Positions 1 to 13,780 of a stretch of DNA of 64,000 nucleotides are shown here, piece after piece. Location of the stretch: assembly GCA_964016885.1 (NCBI GenBank), contig OZ024745.1:77934001-77998000 (forward strand), written 5' to 3'. This DNA comes from Eledone cirrhosa (lineage: Eukaryota). Made by a program: the position numbers and the translations under genes. Below the pieces are notes generated by a model. It worked only from the letters and a program-made list of their open reading frames with translations. It did no database searches and was not told the DNA's origin. Numbering within the stretch: the first letter of the stretch is position 1; every line of letters begins with the position of its first letter.

Positions 1-2893
1 GTCGAGCTTCCAGTGCCCTCGCAGCGTGGTGATGCAGGAACTACCGCTTCCCCTCGTCTGCCCAGCCACGGCCGTCTGGCACACCATGAGATGAGACAGC
101 GAGCTTGCCTGACGCCCAAGCGTTGCTGGTCAACATCGCTTGGCTCAGGCGGATCCGCAAGATCCCACTCAGGATCCCGAGAGCGGCTCGGGTGCCGGTA
201 GCTGATGCCCTCGCTTCCTCGATTGAGAGCGCCCTGGACTCCAATCGAGCCAGCGACTGGGAGCGACTCTTTTATTTCGTCCACTCGCCTTCGGTCTCCC
301 CAGCTCTGGTGCTGACCGGGGCGGCCGGTCGACAGCAGCCTTCGTCAATGCCATTGTTTCGTCCTTTGCGCAAGCGCCAATTCTAAGCGTGCCTAGGGAC
401 GCCGCACACTCCACCCTCGGGTACCCCCAATGGTCCACCCCTGAGGCCAGCGCCAAGCGTTTGCGTGACCGCGTAAATGCTAAACTAATCATGCGTGATG
501 TCACGGCCGCAGTCAGAGTGGTTGCCTCTGAGGACACTGTCCTCCAACCCACAGAGGAGGAACTGGCTGCCATGTGACTCAAGAACCCTGATCCACCCGC
601 TGATCTCAGACCCATACCCTGACCCGACCCCAACACTGCTCCTTGTGGCTTCCGACGCAGACATCATGTCTGCCATCAAGTTCTTCCCAGCTAGCAGCAA
701 CGGAGGTGCTGATGGTCTCCGTCCAGGCCACCTCAAGGAGTTGTTATCCCCCCTATCCGCTGAGGCCGGGCGCCGCCTTCTGAGTGCAATTGTGGCGCTC
801 AGCAACAGGCTCATCCATGGCATCCTGGGCCCTCACGCCCGAGGCCTCTTTTTTTCGGCTAGCCTCACTGCTCTCAGGAAGACAGAGGGTGGTATACGCC
901 CCATCGCTGTGGGCAATGTCTTCCGAAGGCTGGCTGCCAAGGTGATCTGCAGGTCCATAACACCCGAACTGGGTGAGGAGTTCAGTCCGGTACAACTGGG
1001 TGTCGGCGTGTCCGGTGGCTGTGAGGGGGCCACTCATGCAACCAGGCAGATCTTCAACAGCTGCCCACCCGAACCAGCATCCAGGAACTCCAGGCACCTC
1101 AGTGTCAAGCTTGACATGTGGAATGCCTTCAACTGCCTACGCTGGGACCATTTGCTCGATGCCTGCCTGAGCCGCGCCCCCTCTGCCTACACGTTGGCCT
1201 ACCTGACGTATGGAGCCCCGAGCAGGCTCCTTACTGCTGATACGGTCATACCTTCGGCCACTGGGGTCCAACAGGGCGACTCTTTGGGACCCCTCCTGTT
1301 TGCCCTTGGTATAGACCACATCGCCCGGAGTATCACTGCCCCTTTCAACGTTTGGTATCTGGATGATGCTACGTTGGGCGGGCCCGTACAGAATGTCTGC
1401 CATGACCTACAATCGGTGGTTCCTGCTCTGGCGGGACTCGGTCTACAGGTCAACTCGGCCAAGTCGGAAGTGGTGAATGTCAGCCACTATGCTAAGAGCT
1501 TTGCAGACTCCATCTCGGACGTGCGGTCCATCCTCCACCAGGTACAGGTAACCCACAAAGAGGATGTCCTCATCCTCGTGTCACCGATCTACCCGCAGGC
1601 CATCCGCTCCACCATCAGGTCCAGGCTCCAAAACCTCCAGACTCTCACGAGCCGACTGGGCTTGATCGACGGCCACCCAACGCTCTTTCTATTGAGGAAC
1701 TGCTTCGCCAAGCCGAAGCTCCTCTACACCCTTCGCAGCGCTCGGTTTTACACCCACACATCTCTCCTCGCTGACCTCGATACTTGTATCCGAGCAGCAG
1801 CCGAGGAGATATACAACGTCAAGTTTGACGACATTGGATGGTAACAGGCCACTTTACCTGTCAGGTATGGCGGCCTTGGCCTCCGGTCCCCGATATCGTT
1901 GGCTTTTCCGGCGTATCTTTCGTCGGTAACTCGTGCCGCGTCCTCGTCAGCAGGGTTCTTCAAAACACAACAGAACCCTCTGTGTTCAGAGAACGTGAGT
2001 CCACTTGTGAGACGTGGGACCATTTGGGACAGTAGACGTACCTCCTCCTTCTCCCCTGTTGTCGTCAAGTCCCACAAAGCACTTGGGATGCCATCCAGTG
2101 CAGCCTGGCCTCAGACAGACTCTCGCGCCAGCTCGACCAGCACCGCCTTGCTTGCTTTCATGCGGCCTCCAAACCCCACAATGGTGCCTGGCTCCATGCC
2201 CTGCCCTCCTTCTCCACTGACACGCAGCTAGACAACAATAGCCTGCGCATCGGCGTTTCCTTGAAGCTCGGCCTCCGAATCTGCGAGCCACACCAATGTC
2301 GCTGCGGATCCACCGTGGACGCTTTCGGCCGCCACCTGCTTTCCTGTCGCCACAGTGCCGGCCGCCTTCCACGGCATGCTGCCCTCAACGAGATCATTAA
2401 GCATGGCTTGGACGCTGTGGGCTTACCTTCCCAGCTCGAGCTGGTGGGACTGGACCGAGGGGACGGCAAAAGGCCAGATGGCATGACCATCTTCCCATTC
2501 CGCGGTTACAAACCCCTCGTCTGGGATGCTACTTGCACCGACACTTTCTGCAACCACAACCTGGTGCAGTCTGCGACTAACCCAGGTTCTACTGCACGTC
2601 GAGCCGAGGCCAAACTCCTCAAATACCGGTCGCTCTCCGACAGGTTTGCGGTTGTACCCCAGGCAGTGGAGACTTCTGGTGTCCTCGGCCCTAGTGCTAC
2701 CTCCCTACTCACCACCATAGGCTCTGAGCTAGCCAGCCGCAGGTGTGAACCCCGCGAGTTGGTGTGGCTTTTCCAGCGTGTCTCCCTTGCCGTCCTCCGG
2801 GGAAACGCCTTCTCCATCCTGTCCGCCGGGGGCTGTGTGTTTGTGTGTGTGTGTGGGGGGGGGGGCATCTCGTAACATTCCATATTTAAGTAT
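1..2893 (+). mobile_element. CRE-clade non-LTR retrotransposon (RT + restriction-like endonuclease), disrupted; runs off the 5' edge of the window
   Basis: RT motifs IRPIAVGNVFRRLAAK, QLGVGVSGGCE, KLDMWNAFN, GVQQGDSLGPLLF, WYLDD (ORF 495-1844). RLE motifs CRCG..HLLSC, RH, KRPDG, WDATC, AVETSG, QRVSLAVLRGNA (ORF 2261-2875). Stops near 575 and 1842, plus frameshifts. Confidence 0.9.
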
Positions 2894-3020
2894 GTGCACT
2901 ATCATATACATGCATAATGTTTTTCTATATTATATATATATATATATATGATTAATTTTAATTGTATATTAATTTTGATTTATTTTGAAAAATTGGTTGA
3001 ATTTTACTTGTTCTGCTTAT

Positions 3021-3063
<43 letters not shown>

Positions 3064-3914
3064 GATAGTTTCATGAACAACATACGCCAACCTATCACAT
3101 TCCATTCAATGGTTAGGCTTTACCAAAAAACTATAACATATTTTAATGTTTTAGGTTTCTTTCCGGTGCTAAAATCTGTTCAACCACATATGAGTATAAT
3201 GATGAATCATTTGGGAGATTTTATTCGCAGCTGACGATGTATTTTCTTGTTCGACAATCCCTAAAAGGGAAACACACTCCTTCCTCTTACCCACCTCGAT
3301 TTGTCCTTAACTTACTGCCATTTCTGTCACTATCACAATAATTTCTGCTTGTAACCACCTCCACCTAAATTCATTGGTTTCACCAGATGTTCTATTCCAA
3401 ATTACATTCATTTTCCTCTTCTACAGCAAAATTCACAATTGGACATTCGTTCTATTAACCTTACTAAGTAGTACTTAGTTCACTGAATAAAAAGACATAA
3501 AAAGAATTTGGCTCTGTGTAACTTAAATAGTGGAAAAAAAAAAGTATAAAAATACTTTGCTGACAAAGCAACAGAAATACTTCGATATGATAGATGTGTC
3601 AGCTATAGCTGTAGAATGGAACAAAATCGTTATAAGGTGTCAGTAGACAAAGGCTTGTTAACATACCACATGTTGAGTTAATAAAAGGTAGCGAGTGAAT
3701 GCTGAGTAAATGATACGAATGAAAGAAAGACCGGCAACAGTTTTAAATGATATCCTACTTTAAATATAATCATAATACAATTTTGATAACCTTACAGATA
3801 TATGTGTACACATTCTGATAATATGTACGTATTTATGAGATTAGGACTGAGGAAAATAACTTGAATACTCAATATAAATACAGTAGTGTCAGACAGGTAT
3901 TATAATGGGTTGAA

Positions 3915-4052
3915 AAATCCCGCCGAGGTTAGCTTTGCATTTTATCCTTACGGGATCAATAAAATAAAGCACTAGTAATGCACTGGGATCGAATTAAACG
4001 ACTCCCCACCCCAACGTATTGTTGGTCATGTGCCTAAAGCAGAAACCATTAT
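3915..4052 (+). mobile_element. tRNA-derived SINE, 5'-truncated, with ~16-bp TSD
   Basis: Matches the SINE body repeated in this window; flanked by ataatgggttgaaaaa / atagtgggttgaaaaa. Confidence 0.75.
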
Positions 4053-4307
4053 AGTGGGTTGAAAAACTTCGATCTACTGAAATTTTCCAAGCAATGACTT
4101 GAACAAAAACATCATCTAGCACTGCTTAGGATCTAAAACCAACAGGCAAATATTGTAACTCCAATACAATCATTTGATCAAGATATTTGAACACTATAAA
4201 TAATATAGATTGGTGTGGGTCGGGTCTTTAAAGGTAATTGTTTCGGTTTTATTAGAACTTTTAGCCGAAGCAAATTCCACTGACCTGACAAGGTTAAGAA
4301 TTTTCAT

Positions 4308-4473
<166 letters not shown>

Positions 4474-4564
4474 ATATGTCTCATTTGAAATAATACAGCC
4501 AAATTGTTGAGTGAGTTGGAATTTGGCCGGAGTATCGCTAAAAAGCTTTCTCCGATATTGTATT

Positions 4565-4608
<44 letters not shown>

Positions 4609-4739
4609 ATATATATTCGTTTTTTCCCGTTCTTTGCCAGCGAACGTTACCACGAACCAAAGTATCGTCTTCCTGTCTTCCTCCGGTTGCAACGTTTTTT
4701 GAAATATCCACTTCTGCGTTTACAGATTGACTTTGTTAG

Positions 4740-4900
4740 TTTCAGAAGATCCCGTTAAGGGTGAAAGCAGCGATTCTTTGCTTAAACTTTAATCTGTTAT
4801 TTTAATAAATATTTACTCTACGGTTCTTATACATTTGATATATATTTTCCTTATCGAGCCCTCTTTGGATTTTAGTCTTCAATTTTATTATTATTACCTA
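4740..4900 (+). mobile_element. PLE-like terminal repeat, family A; second copy with short inverted arm at 8168-8350
   Basis: Near-identical sequence at 8221-8350, inverted 50 bp at 8168-8220. Degenerate hammerhead-like cagaaga-tccc-gttaa-gggt-gaaa. Ends in (TA)n. Confidence 0.55.
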
Positions 4901-4914
4901 TATATATATATACT

Positions 4915-5165
4915 TAAAGAAAGAAGAGTAACATGGTTGGCTGTACAATAAGCGCTGTATTTAAAGTACTGACAATTGTTTCGTTGATCAGGTGAGTCTA
5001 CGTGCTCTGATGTATTGACCAGTGGTAAACAATGTATTGGTGATCGATTGACGCAACCTCAAGCGATTAGCGAACTCTAGACACACCTGATCAACGAAAC
5101 AATCGTCAGTACTTTAAATAAAGCCCTTATCGTACAGCCAACCATGTTACTTTTCTTTCTTTAAC
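4915..5165. mobile_element. Fold-back insert with ~85-bp inverted arms (PLE-type terminus)
   Basis: 4915-5000 is the reverse complement of 5078-5165; next to (TA)n. Confidence 0.8.
5002..5112 (+). ncRNA. Hammerhead ribozyme motif, type I, long stem II, degenerate (A9>U)
   Basis: gtgct-CTGATGT-attgaccag...ctgatcaac-GAAAC-aatc-GTC-agtac; the inverted arm has the palindromic loop AATT. Confidence 0.6.
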
Positions 5166-5320
5166 TATTATTACTCCAAGTATAACCTGCATAGAAATTA
5201 CTGCGAAATCGCTGCCTAACTATGGAACCATCTTGTTGAGTCAAACAAGGCCGTACGTTAAAACTATCCACGACGCGGAGTACTCTAACTGGATTACCTA
5301 TAACGATAACTTGTTATCCC

Positions 5321-5500
<180 letters not shown>

Positions 5501-6069
5501 GTATGTACACGTACTTACATATATGTATACAGACGCACAGTAGTATTTATATATGTATACATACATGCACACATATATATATGTACGTATGGATTCACCG
5601 AACATTTATTATAATGCTGGTGTGTTTGTAAACAAACATCCCGTATTAAGCCGTAGTGTCTAGCAACCATCGTTGCTCGTTTGTTCAACACTGACAAAGG
5701 AACGCTGTACTAGTTTCAAGGTTATTAGCTATCGTCAGCAACGTATACCTTGCTGCCAGATGATTGAACGTCTGAAAGAATATACTTTCCTTATGCATAT
5801 TAGCGACTAAGCAGCCTAATTTGCATATCGAGTGGGTTAATTGGCCGGGTGCACCGAAAACGATAAACGGAAAAAAATGAAACGAAATCTCATTTCCCAC
5901 TCTTAGTACGGCTGTTACTTAAATATAAGTATGTACACGTACATACATATATGTATACAGACGCACAATAGTATGTATATATGTATACATACATGCACAT
6001 ATATATATATGTACGTATGGATTCACCGATATATATATATACGAGGTAAGTCAGATATATATATATATA

Positions 6070-6966
6070 CGAGGTGTGTCAGAAAAGTTCCAGGACTGAT
6101 GTCACAAAAGATTTATTTCAAACCCCAAATTTCACACCAGGAGTTTTCTCCTTCAAAGTAATCCCCCTGGAGTCTAATGTACATTTCCATCCTTTTCTGT
6201 CACGCTTGCATGCACTCCTGGAAGGATTCTACCGGGATCCTCTGCAGTTCCATCATCACGGCCTTTTTGATGTCGTCCACGTCTTCAAAACGGGTCCCCT
6301 CCGGGTCGTACTCGAAGATCCATGACTCATCACTGGTGATGACTGTCCTTAGCAAGTCTGGTTCGGTTTCAAGACTCTCGAGTATGTCCTGGCACACTTG
6401 CATACGTCGACCCTTGTGGTCATCGTTCAGCAGTTTTGGCACCATCTTCGCGCAGACTTTCCGCATGTCCAAATCTTCAGTGAGAATCTTCCAGACGCTG
6501 TCCCGATTCATGCCCAGTTCATTTGCCATCAGTCGAACAGTCAGCCGACGATCGCTACGCACTATCGGCCTGACGTGCTCAACGTTGACCTCAGTCCTGG
6601 TTGTTGAGGGCCTTCCGCTATTGGGGTCATCTTCCACGTCCTTGCGTCCTTCTTTAAACCTCTTACACCACTCAAAAAACACGTGAGCGTGACATCGTCT
6701 CATCTCATTACACTTGCTGCAGCAATCCCAGTGCTTCTGACGGAGTTTTCAAGTTTGTTCGTTGCTCTGTGTTCATTGCTTGACGACCTGAAACAGAGGA
6801 CATGTATATTAAATTATGAAGAAAAAAGTTTGATCGCTGCAGAGAGCTAAGATTACAGTTACATACTCCAGGGGGATTACTTTGAAGAAGAAACCTCTTA
6901 GTGTGAAGTTTGGGTTTGAAATAAATCTTTTGTGACATCAGTCCTGGAACTTTTCTGACACACCTC

Positions 6967-6967
<1 letters not shown>
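6070..6967 (-). mobile_element. Non-autonomous mariner (Tc1/mariner) with internally deleted transposase
   Basis: TIRs cgaggtgtgtcagaaaagttccaggactg; TA target (TG on the right). ORF 6200-6703 has WCKRFKEGR..SGRP, KVCAKMVPKLL and TSDESWIFEYDPE fused directly to GTRFEDVDDIK. Confidence 0.92.
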
Positions 6968-7016
<49 letters not shown>

Positions 7017-7018
<2 letters not shown>

Positions 7019-7406
7019 AAGGCGGGTAAAATTCCCGAGATCCATGGACGAGTTCTCTCCAGCGGTCTCTGTCCCTCATTATCGCTGCCATGTCCTGCAT
7101 CTCCAACAGACCAGTGTCTGTCCTTAGGGCATCAACATACGTTAACCAAGAAACTCACTCAGATGGTGGGTGGGTGCTACACGAGAATCCTGAGGATGGC
7201 TCTGAACATTAATCAGTATACACTGAGGATGAAAAACTCAGAGCTGTATGGGAGCATCCCAAAAGTCAGCTCAAAAATGACACAGAGGAGACTGAGGTTA
7301 GCTGGACATGCTCACCGACATCTAGAGTTGACATTGCATTCAGTACTCCTTTTGGAGCCCCTACATGGACACACTAGAAGAGGAAGACTAAGGTTAACGT
7401 ATGTTG

Positions 7407-7408
<2 letters not shown>
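7017..7408. mobile_element. RTE-clade LINE 3' fragment with internal inversion
   Basis: 7148-7408 (+) encodes RRLRLAGHAHRH..RRGRLRLTYVD; 7147-7017 (-) continues TYVDALRTDTGL..RDRDRWRELV..stop. Confidence 0.85.
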
Positions 7409-7438
<30 letters not shown>

Positions 7439-7518
7439 AACTATAATAAAGTAAGGAGCGCGGGACTGCGTCCAGAATATAATTTTGTAAAATAAGTTGA
7501 TTACTTTGAATAAATAAT

Positions 7519-7619
7519 TGTTTCTACTTTTGGCACAAGGCCAGCAATTAACCAGTGTATTACTGGTACTTTATTTTATTGATCCCGTAAGGATGAAAGG
7601 CAAAGTTAACCTCGCCAGG
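7519..7619 (-). mobile_element. tRNA-derived SINE, 5'-truncated, with 18-bp TSD
   Basis: TSD ttactttgaataaataat at 7501 and 7620; family body sequence. Confidence 0.85.
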
Positions 7620-7900
7620 TTACTTTGAATAAATAATGAATGAATATTACATAATTTATCTACTAAATTTCGTAACACATGATTAAACATATATTAAAAA
7701 TATTATTCAAGATTCACTCCTTTTAAAAGATTCAAATTTCAATACTTCCGGTAGAAGAGAGAGAGAGAGATGAAGCGATTTGGATTTTTTTCAACACGCT
7801 GATGTGTGTGCGTGTATGTTGTTGTTCTTTGATTTTATAAAATTGCTAGAGCGAGAAAGAGAGATTGTATGTGTGAATATATAAAGAGAGGAGTGGCTTT

Positions 7901-7957
<57 letters not shown>

Positions 7958-8444
7958 TTCATACGCGTTTTGCTGCTACCACTGTTGTTATGACTACCTC
8001 ATACTTCTCTCTCTCTCTCGTTTTATCTGGTGTTTCGAATAGCAGACGATCACAAAGTTTATAATATTCCGTCTCTCATTTATTTCAAATATACATTTAT
8101 TTCAAAGATTTCTTTTCTCCGTGTCAGCTATATAAATATATATTTATGTATATATTTATTAAAAAAGCAGATTAAAGTTTAAGCAAAGAATCGCTGCTTT
8201 CACCCTTAACGGGATCTGAAATTCTTTGCTTAAAGTTTAATCTGTTATTTTAATAAATATTTGCTCTACGGTTCTTATATATTTGATATATATTTATCGT
8301 TATCGAGCCCTCTTTGGATTTTAGTCTTCGAATTTATTATTATTACTATATATATATATATTTTTTTTTGTTTTAACATATATTTATTTCTAAGATTTCA
8401 CCGTAGAGATAACATATATTTATACATACATGACAGAGAGTGAA

Positions 8445-11400
8445 TATGGGGCGCAGAAAACATTTCTCATCTAAATGCCAACGCATGGCAGCAGACGCAC
8501 AACGAAAAAGAGAGATGAGGACAAATCAATCAAACAATAATCGCTCTACAACATCCCAACAAATTTCTACAAATGTAATTCAGTTAACACACCAACAACA
8601 ACTTACAACAAATACACCAAACGTTCGGAGAGGAAGGAACAAGTAAATTGAAGGTCTGTCTAAGAATCCTACAGATGAACCTTTCCAAGAGCAAACTGTT
8701 CTTTCCATAATGCCACAACCTAATGCAGGGAGTCTCTTTGCCTCTGTTTGTCCGCACTGCAAAGCTTATCGCTGGCCACATGAACCTAAATTTCTGTGCT
8801 GCTTCCAGGGAAAAGTGAAGCTCCCTCAACTTCCTCCTCCTCCACCAAATATACTGAAATATTTTGATATCACTCAAGCAGGAAATTCTTTTCTCCATAA
8901 GATACGTGCATATAACAATGTGCTTGCCTTAGCTTCAATTGGTTGCAAAGAGATTAGAGCACCAGGATTTAGTCCCACATTTAAGATCCAAGGTAAGATT
9001 TGTCATATTATTGGATCACTACTTCCAAGTGATGCTTCACCCAAGTTTGCTCAGCTTTACTTCTATGATACAGATCATGAGCTTCAGAATCGCTTACATC
9101 ATGCTATTTTAGATGTTGCTGCTCTGCAGGACCTGCAAGAAGACTTGCACTACTGCAACACCTATATAAAAAGCTTCAAGGCAGTCATTGAAATGCCAGT
9201 CTCTGAAAATGTGAATATTGTCCTACATGCTGACAAAGTAAAACCCACCGATTTTCATTGTCGCACATATAATCTTCCCATGGCATCTGAGATTGCTGTT
9301 ATTCAACCTGATACAGCATTAGGTCTTTTGGATGTCATCATTCATAAAAGAGATGGTGGTCTTCAGAGTATTCATCAGTTGCACCGTTCTTATGATCCTC
9401 TGCATTATGTGCTACTGTTTCCTTGGGGGAATGATGGGTTTCAGGTTGGTTTGAAAAGGATTGACAACAACCACACACTCACACCCACTGATTTCTACTG
9501 TTATAGGTTTCAGGTTAGGCAAAGTGACTGTAACATTATCATGAAGAGCAGGCGGCTGATGCAGCAATATGCTGTAGATGCCCGGGCAAAAATAGAACAT
9601 TGTCGCCTCAAATGGGCCCGCAACAATCAAACCATGATACGAACTGAAAAGTATGAGGGTTTGTATGGTGCTGTGGCTGAAGGAGATTCAGTAAATGCAG
9701 GCCGGAGAATTGTTCTTCCTCCTTCAATATATGATTCCCTCGCTTCTACAGTGAGTGCTTTCAGAATTCGATGACTGTGGTTCGACTCATGGGAAAGCCA
9801 TCTTATTTCATCACGGTAACAACTAACCCTAACTGGGATGAAATAAAAAATAGTTTGCACCCTGGTCAAGAACCTAGAGACCGTTCTGATATTTATGCAA
9901 GAGTCTTCAAGATCAAGTATGACAGCCTCATGGATGACATACTGAAAGAAAATGTCCTAGGAAAAGTTGTGGCTCATTCTGTTACAATAGAGTGGCAGAA
10001 ACGAAGCCTCACTCATGGTCATATTCTGCTGATAATAGCTGGATATAGCAAGCCCAAAACTGCTGATGCCATTGATCAGGTAGTGTACTGTGAGATTCCT
10101 GATAAAGAGACCAATCCAATTCTGCATAAGATTATCACATCCTGCAACATTCATGGCCCATGTGGACAAGCTAATATGATGTGCCCATGTATTGAAGGGC
10201 TAGGACAACAGGACCATTGCTCAAAAAGTTATCTCAAGGCATTCAGACAAACCATATTTGTTGCCGAAAATTCCTTTCCGAAGTATAGAAGGGATAGACA
10301 GCATGGTGGTCACACCCATGCAATCCAACTTAAAGGTCAAGAATTTACTGTTGATAATCGTTGGATTACTTTCACCATTAAGGATAATCAAGGAAATTGT
10401 ATCCATGCCCAAAATGATATTGAGAGCTATATCAATGCACCGTACATCTCAGCCAGTGAGGCATTCTGGAGAATCTATAAATTTCCATTACATCATCGAA
10501 AACCGCCAGTTGAAATGTTGCCTTGCCATTTACCTGGGGAACAAATGGTCGTGTATGAGCGAGGGCAAGAAGAAAGAGTTGTTTCTAGGTGACAGCCAAT
10601 GACTAAGTTGACGGAATATTTTCAACTGAATATTAGAGACCCACTGGCACAAAACATATTGTATATTGATATTCCTAAATATTTCACTTGGACAAACAAA
10701 AAGTGGCAAAGAAGAAAAAAAGGGACATCTGGATGGTGATCAATAATTTATGAGTGAATCGCTTGGACGCATTCCAACAGTATCTCTCAGTAGACATCAA
10801 TCTGAATTATATTACTTCAGAATGATCCTACATCACAAGGCTGGGTCAACTTCATACAAAGATTTGAGGACAATTGAAGGAGTTGAATTTCCAACATTCC
10901 AAGAAGCATGCAGGAAACTTGGTCTGTTAGATGATGGAGAAAAAGACAAAGCTATGGAAGAGGCCTCATCCATTACGCTTGGTCCTCAGCTGCGAGAGAT
11001 CGTCTGCACCATTTTATTGTACTGCATGCCAAATGACCCTCTGCAGTTCTGGAAGAATTGTCTTGCAGAGGATATCATGCATGAACGTCATGAGCAAGTC
11101 ATGGCCATGCAAACCGTGCAGATTGTTCTACAGAAGATCCAACAAAGACTTCAACATGATGGCTTGGGCAGTCATGCCAACTATAGACTTCCTCGGCCAG
11201 ACCCAACTATTGCTGCCATACCAGAAATCAACAGGGTTCTTATGGTAGAAACTGATTTCAATACACACCAACTGCAAGCAAACATAAATGAACTTTTGCC
11301 AACAGTGAATCCTGAGCAACTGGCTTTTTTCACAAAGTAATCACCTCTGTAAATGAAAATGAAGGCAGAATTTTCTGCTTGAATGCAAGTGCAGTTACAG

Positions 11401-13107
11401 GAAAGACTTATGTCATAAACATCTTGTTGGAGTACCTCCGATCTAAAAAAGAAATTGCACTTGCCACTGCCATATCTGGAATAGCAGCCATTTTGCTTCA
11501 CAAAGGTAAAACTCTTCATTCCAAGTGCAAGATTCCTCTCAATGTGACTGCTGAATCAACTTGCTTCTTCACAGGTAAACTTATGCAGCAAGATGACCTG
11601 CTAATCATTGATGAGATAGGTATGGGACATAAGCATATCTTTGAATGCCTTGACAGGAGCTTCAAAGATGTTCGAGATTGCAAAAAGCCATATGGTGGTC
11701 TAACAGTATTACGATCTGGTGACTGGAAGCAAATTCTTCCAGTTGTACGCCATGGTGCTAGACCACAAATAGTTGAGGCAACCGTCAAGAGATCCTATCT
11801 CTGGGACTATATGGAAACCATGGAGATGACACCCAATCAACTTAATGCAGAGGATTCTGATGAAAAACAGTTTGCAAACTACCTTCTTGATGTGGGAAAT
11901 GGTAACATTCCAACTGTTCCAACTGTAGGTGCATTCACAATTCTTCTGCCCAATGAACTTTATGTGGAATATGGTAAAGTGTCTGGACTGTGTGATTTTG
12001 TTTGTATAAATCTTCCAGGAAACCACACAAACCCACTATGGCTTGCAAATAGAGCCATTATCATTCCAACAAATGATGCAGCAAGATTGGTGAATGAGTT
12101 CATGGTCAACAAGTTTCCTGGTCATGAAATAATCTACAGAAGCTCTGATACAGTAGATAATGAACTGCAATATCCAATTAAGTTCATCAAAAACTTACCC
12201 CATCAGGCTTCCCAACACACATACTTAAACTGAAGAAAGGCAGTTGCATCATGCTTCTGAGAAATCTGGATCCTCTAAACGGGCATTGCAATGGTACACG
12301 CTACATCATCATCAGTTTACATAATCATGTAATTGAAGATGAAGTGGAATTGGGTCCCAATGCTGGAACAAGGTTGGTAATCCCAAGGATACCACATGTA
12401 TCTCAAGAGCTTGAGTTCCCTTTTACCTTTCCTCGCAAGCAATTTCCTGTCAAACCAACCTTTGTCCTTACATGCAACAAGGCACAAGGGCAGACATTTG
12501 AAAAGATAGGTGTATATCTACCAACACAATTTTTCTCACATGGTCAAATGTATGTTGCATTATCACGAGTTACAAAAAAAGAAAATATTAAAATATTAAA
12601 TGAAAGGGGTCTGTTTGCTGACAACTGTGTCTACAAAGAAATTATACAGTGATGTGAAACAGCTATCACTCTCTTTTAGTTGAAATGCATTTCAGTTTCG
12701 TTTTAACTGCTAGAAAAGGGATACTACAAAAACTTAAGAAGTCTATATGTGAATACAGTAAAACAACAATATAGCGAAGGTCAACTCTTCATATTGGTAA
12801 ATGTAATTCATTCATTCATACCAGCAGCATCTATTTTCAAATTCACTGCTTGAAGCTTCCCTTCGACATTCTCAAGTGGAGATTCATAAACATTTTCCGT
12901 CAACTGTTTCATCGCTTTTCCATCTCCATTATTGCCCTTTTTTTAATGTATCATGGATTACTTTACTGATTACAGAAGTAAGTATAACATAATCTTTGTT
13001 CAGTTTATGTGCATATTGTCAATTTACGTATCATATCTAGGTGCATATATATTTGCGTGTATCAATATGCCAGCAGAAAACCGCCAGAAGGGCGGTTCTT
13101 CTGATAG
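8445..13107 (+). mobile_element. Helitron (Rep/Pif1-helicase), decayed; 5' boundary approximate
   Basis: Coding remnants in the next entry. 3' GC hairpin aaccgcc-agaag-ggcggtt followed by ..ctgATAG|t (degenerate CTAG end). Confidence 0.9.
8710..12652 (+). pseudogene. Helitron RepHel pseudogene (5 ORF pieces)
   Basis: CPHC..CCFQGKV; YDPLHYVLLFPWG; YFITVTTNPNW; EWQKRSLTHGHILL (HUH); YISASEAFWRI; AVTGKTY; IIDEIGM; GDWKQILPVV; LLRNLD..CNGTR; NKAQGQT; FSHGQMYVALSRV. Confidence 0.92.
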
Positions 13108-13118
13108 TATATATAACT

Positions 13119-13316
13119 AAGGAAGTGTGGTAAGGAACCAGGTGGACCATAACGCACCAGAGTACTCGATACTTTCGGTAGTAGAGTGGGTAATAGGAAA
13201 AGGTTCAGGACCCCGACGGTAGAGCTCAAGCCGTTTCGACGGCTATTTCTAGACAGTCCAGAAATACCCCTCGCAACGGCTTGAGCTCTGCCGTCAGGGT
13301 CCTGAACCTTTTCCTA
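13119..13316 (-). mobile_element. Fold-back insert, family H, carrying the 3' half of a hammerhead
   Basis: Arms 13194-13253 / 13258-13316; the long arm has a ~75-bp tail. Minus strand reads GAAAC-ggc-ttgagctct-acc-GTC. Same family as 20788-21011. Confidence 0.75.
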
Positions 13317-13468
13317 TATATATATAGAAAACTCTGCTCCGTAGTAGCATAGAGTGCTCAACCGGCATACCGCCTATGGACACATCCTAGCTACCATAAG
13401 ACATATATATATATATGAGAGGGTTGGGGAGATAGAGAGAAAGGGGATATATATATATATATATATAT

Positions 13469-13517
<49 letters not shown>

Positions 13518-13588
13518 ATGTAGTGACACGGATCATGAATATTAATTATTAATATGGCTGACGAAAAACACCCCAGGCGCGTGTTCTA

Positions 13589-13780
13589 CGAGGGATGGCT
13601 GAAAAGTTCATAGGCTGACTAGGAAGAATTGAGGTTAGGGCTGTGAAACCTTGCATGCATTAATTTCAACTCTTTTTATTAGTAAATGCAATGTTTCTTT
13701 CCAGGGACTTGAAAAGTAAATCTCATTTGGGCACTTCATTAGAGTATCTTGGTCAGCCTATGAACTTTTCAGCCGACTCG
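13589..13780. mobile_element. Mariner-derived MITE
   Basis: ~30-bp TIRs ..gctgaaaagttcataggctgac; TA flank; TIR shared with the mariner relic at 49170. Confidence 0.8.
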
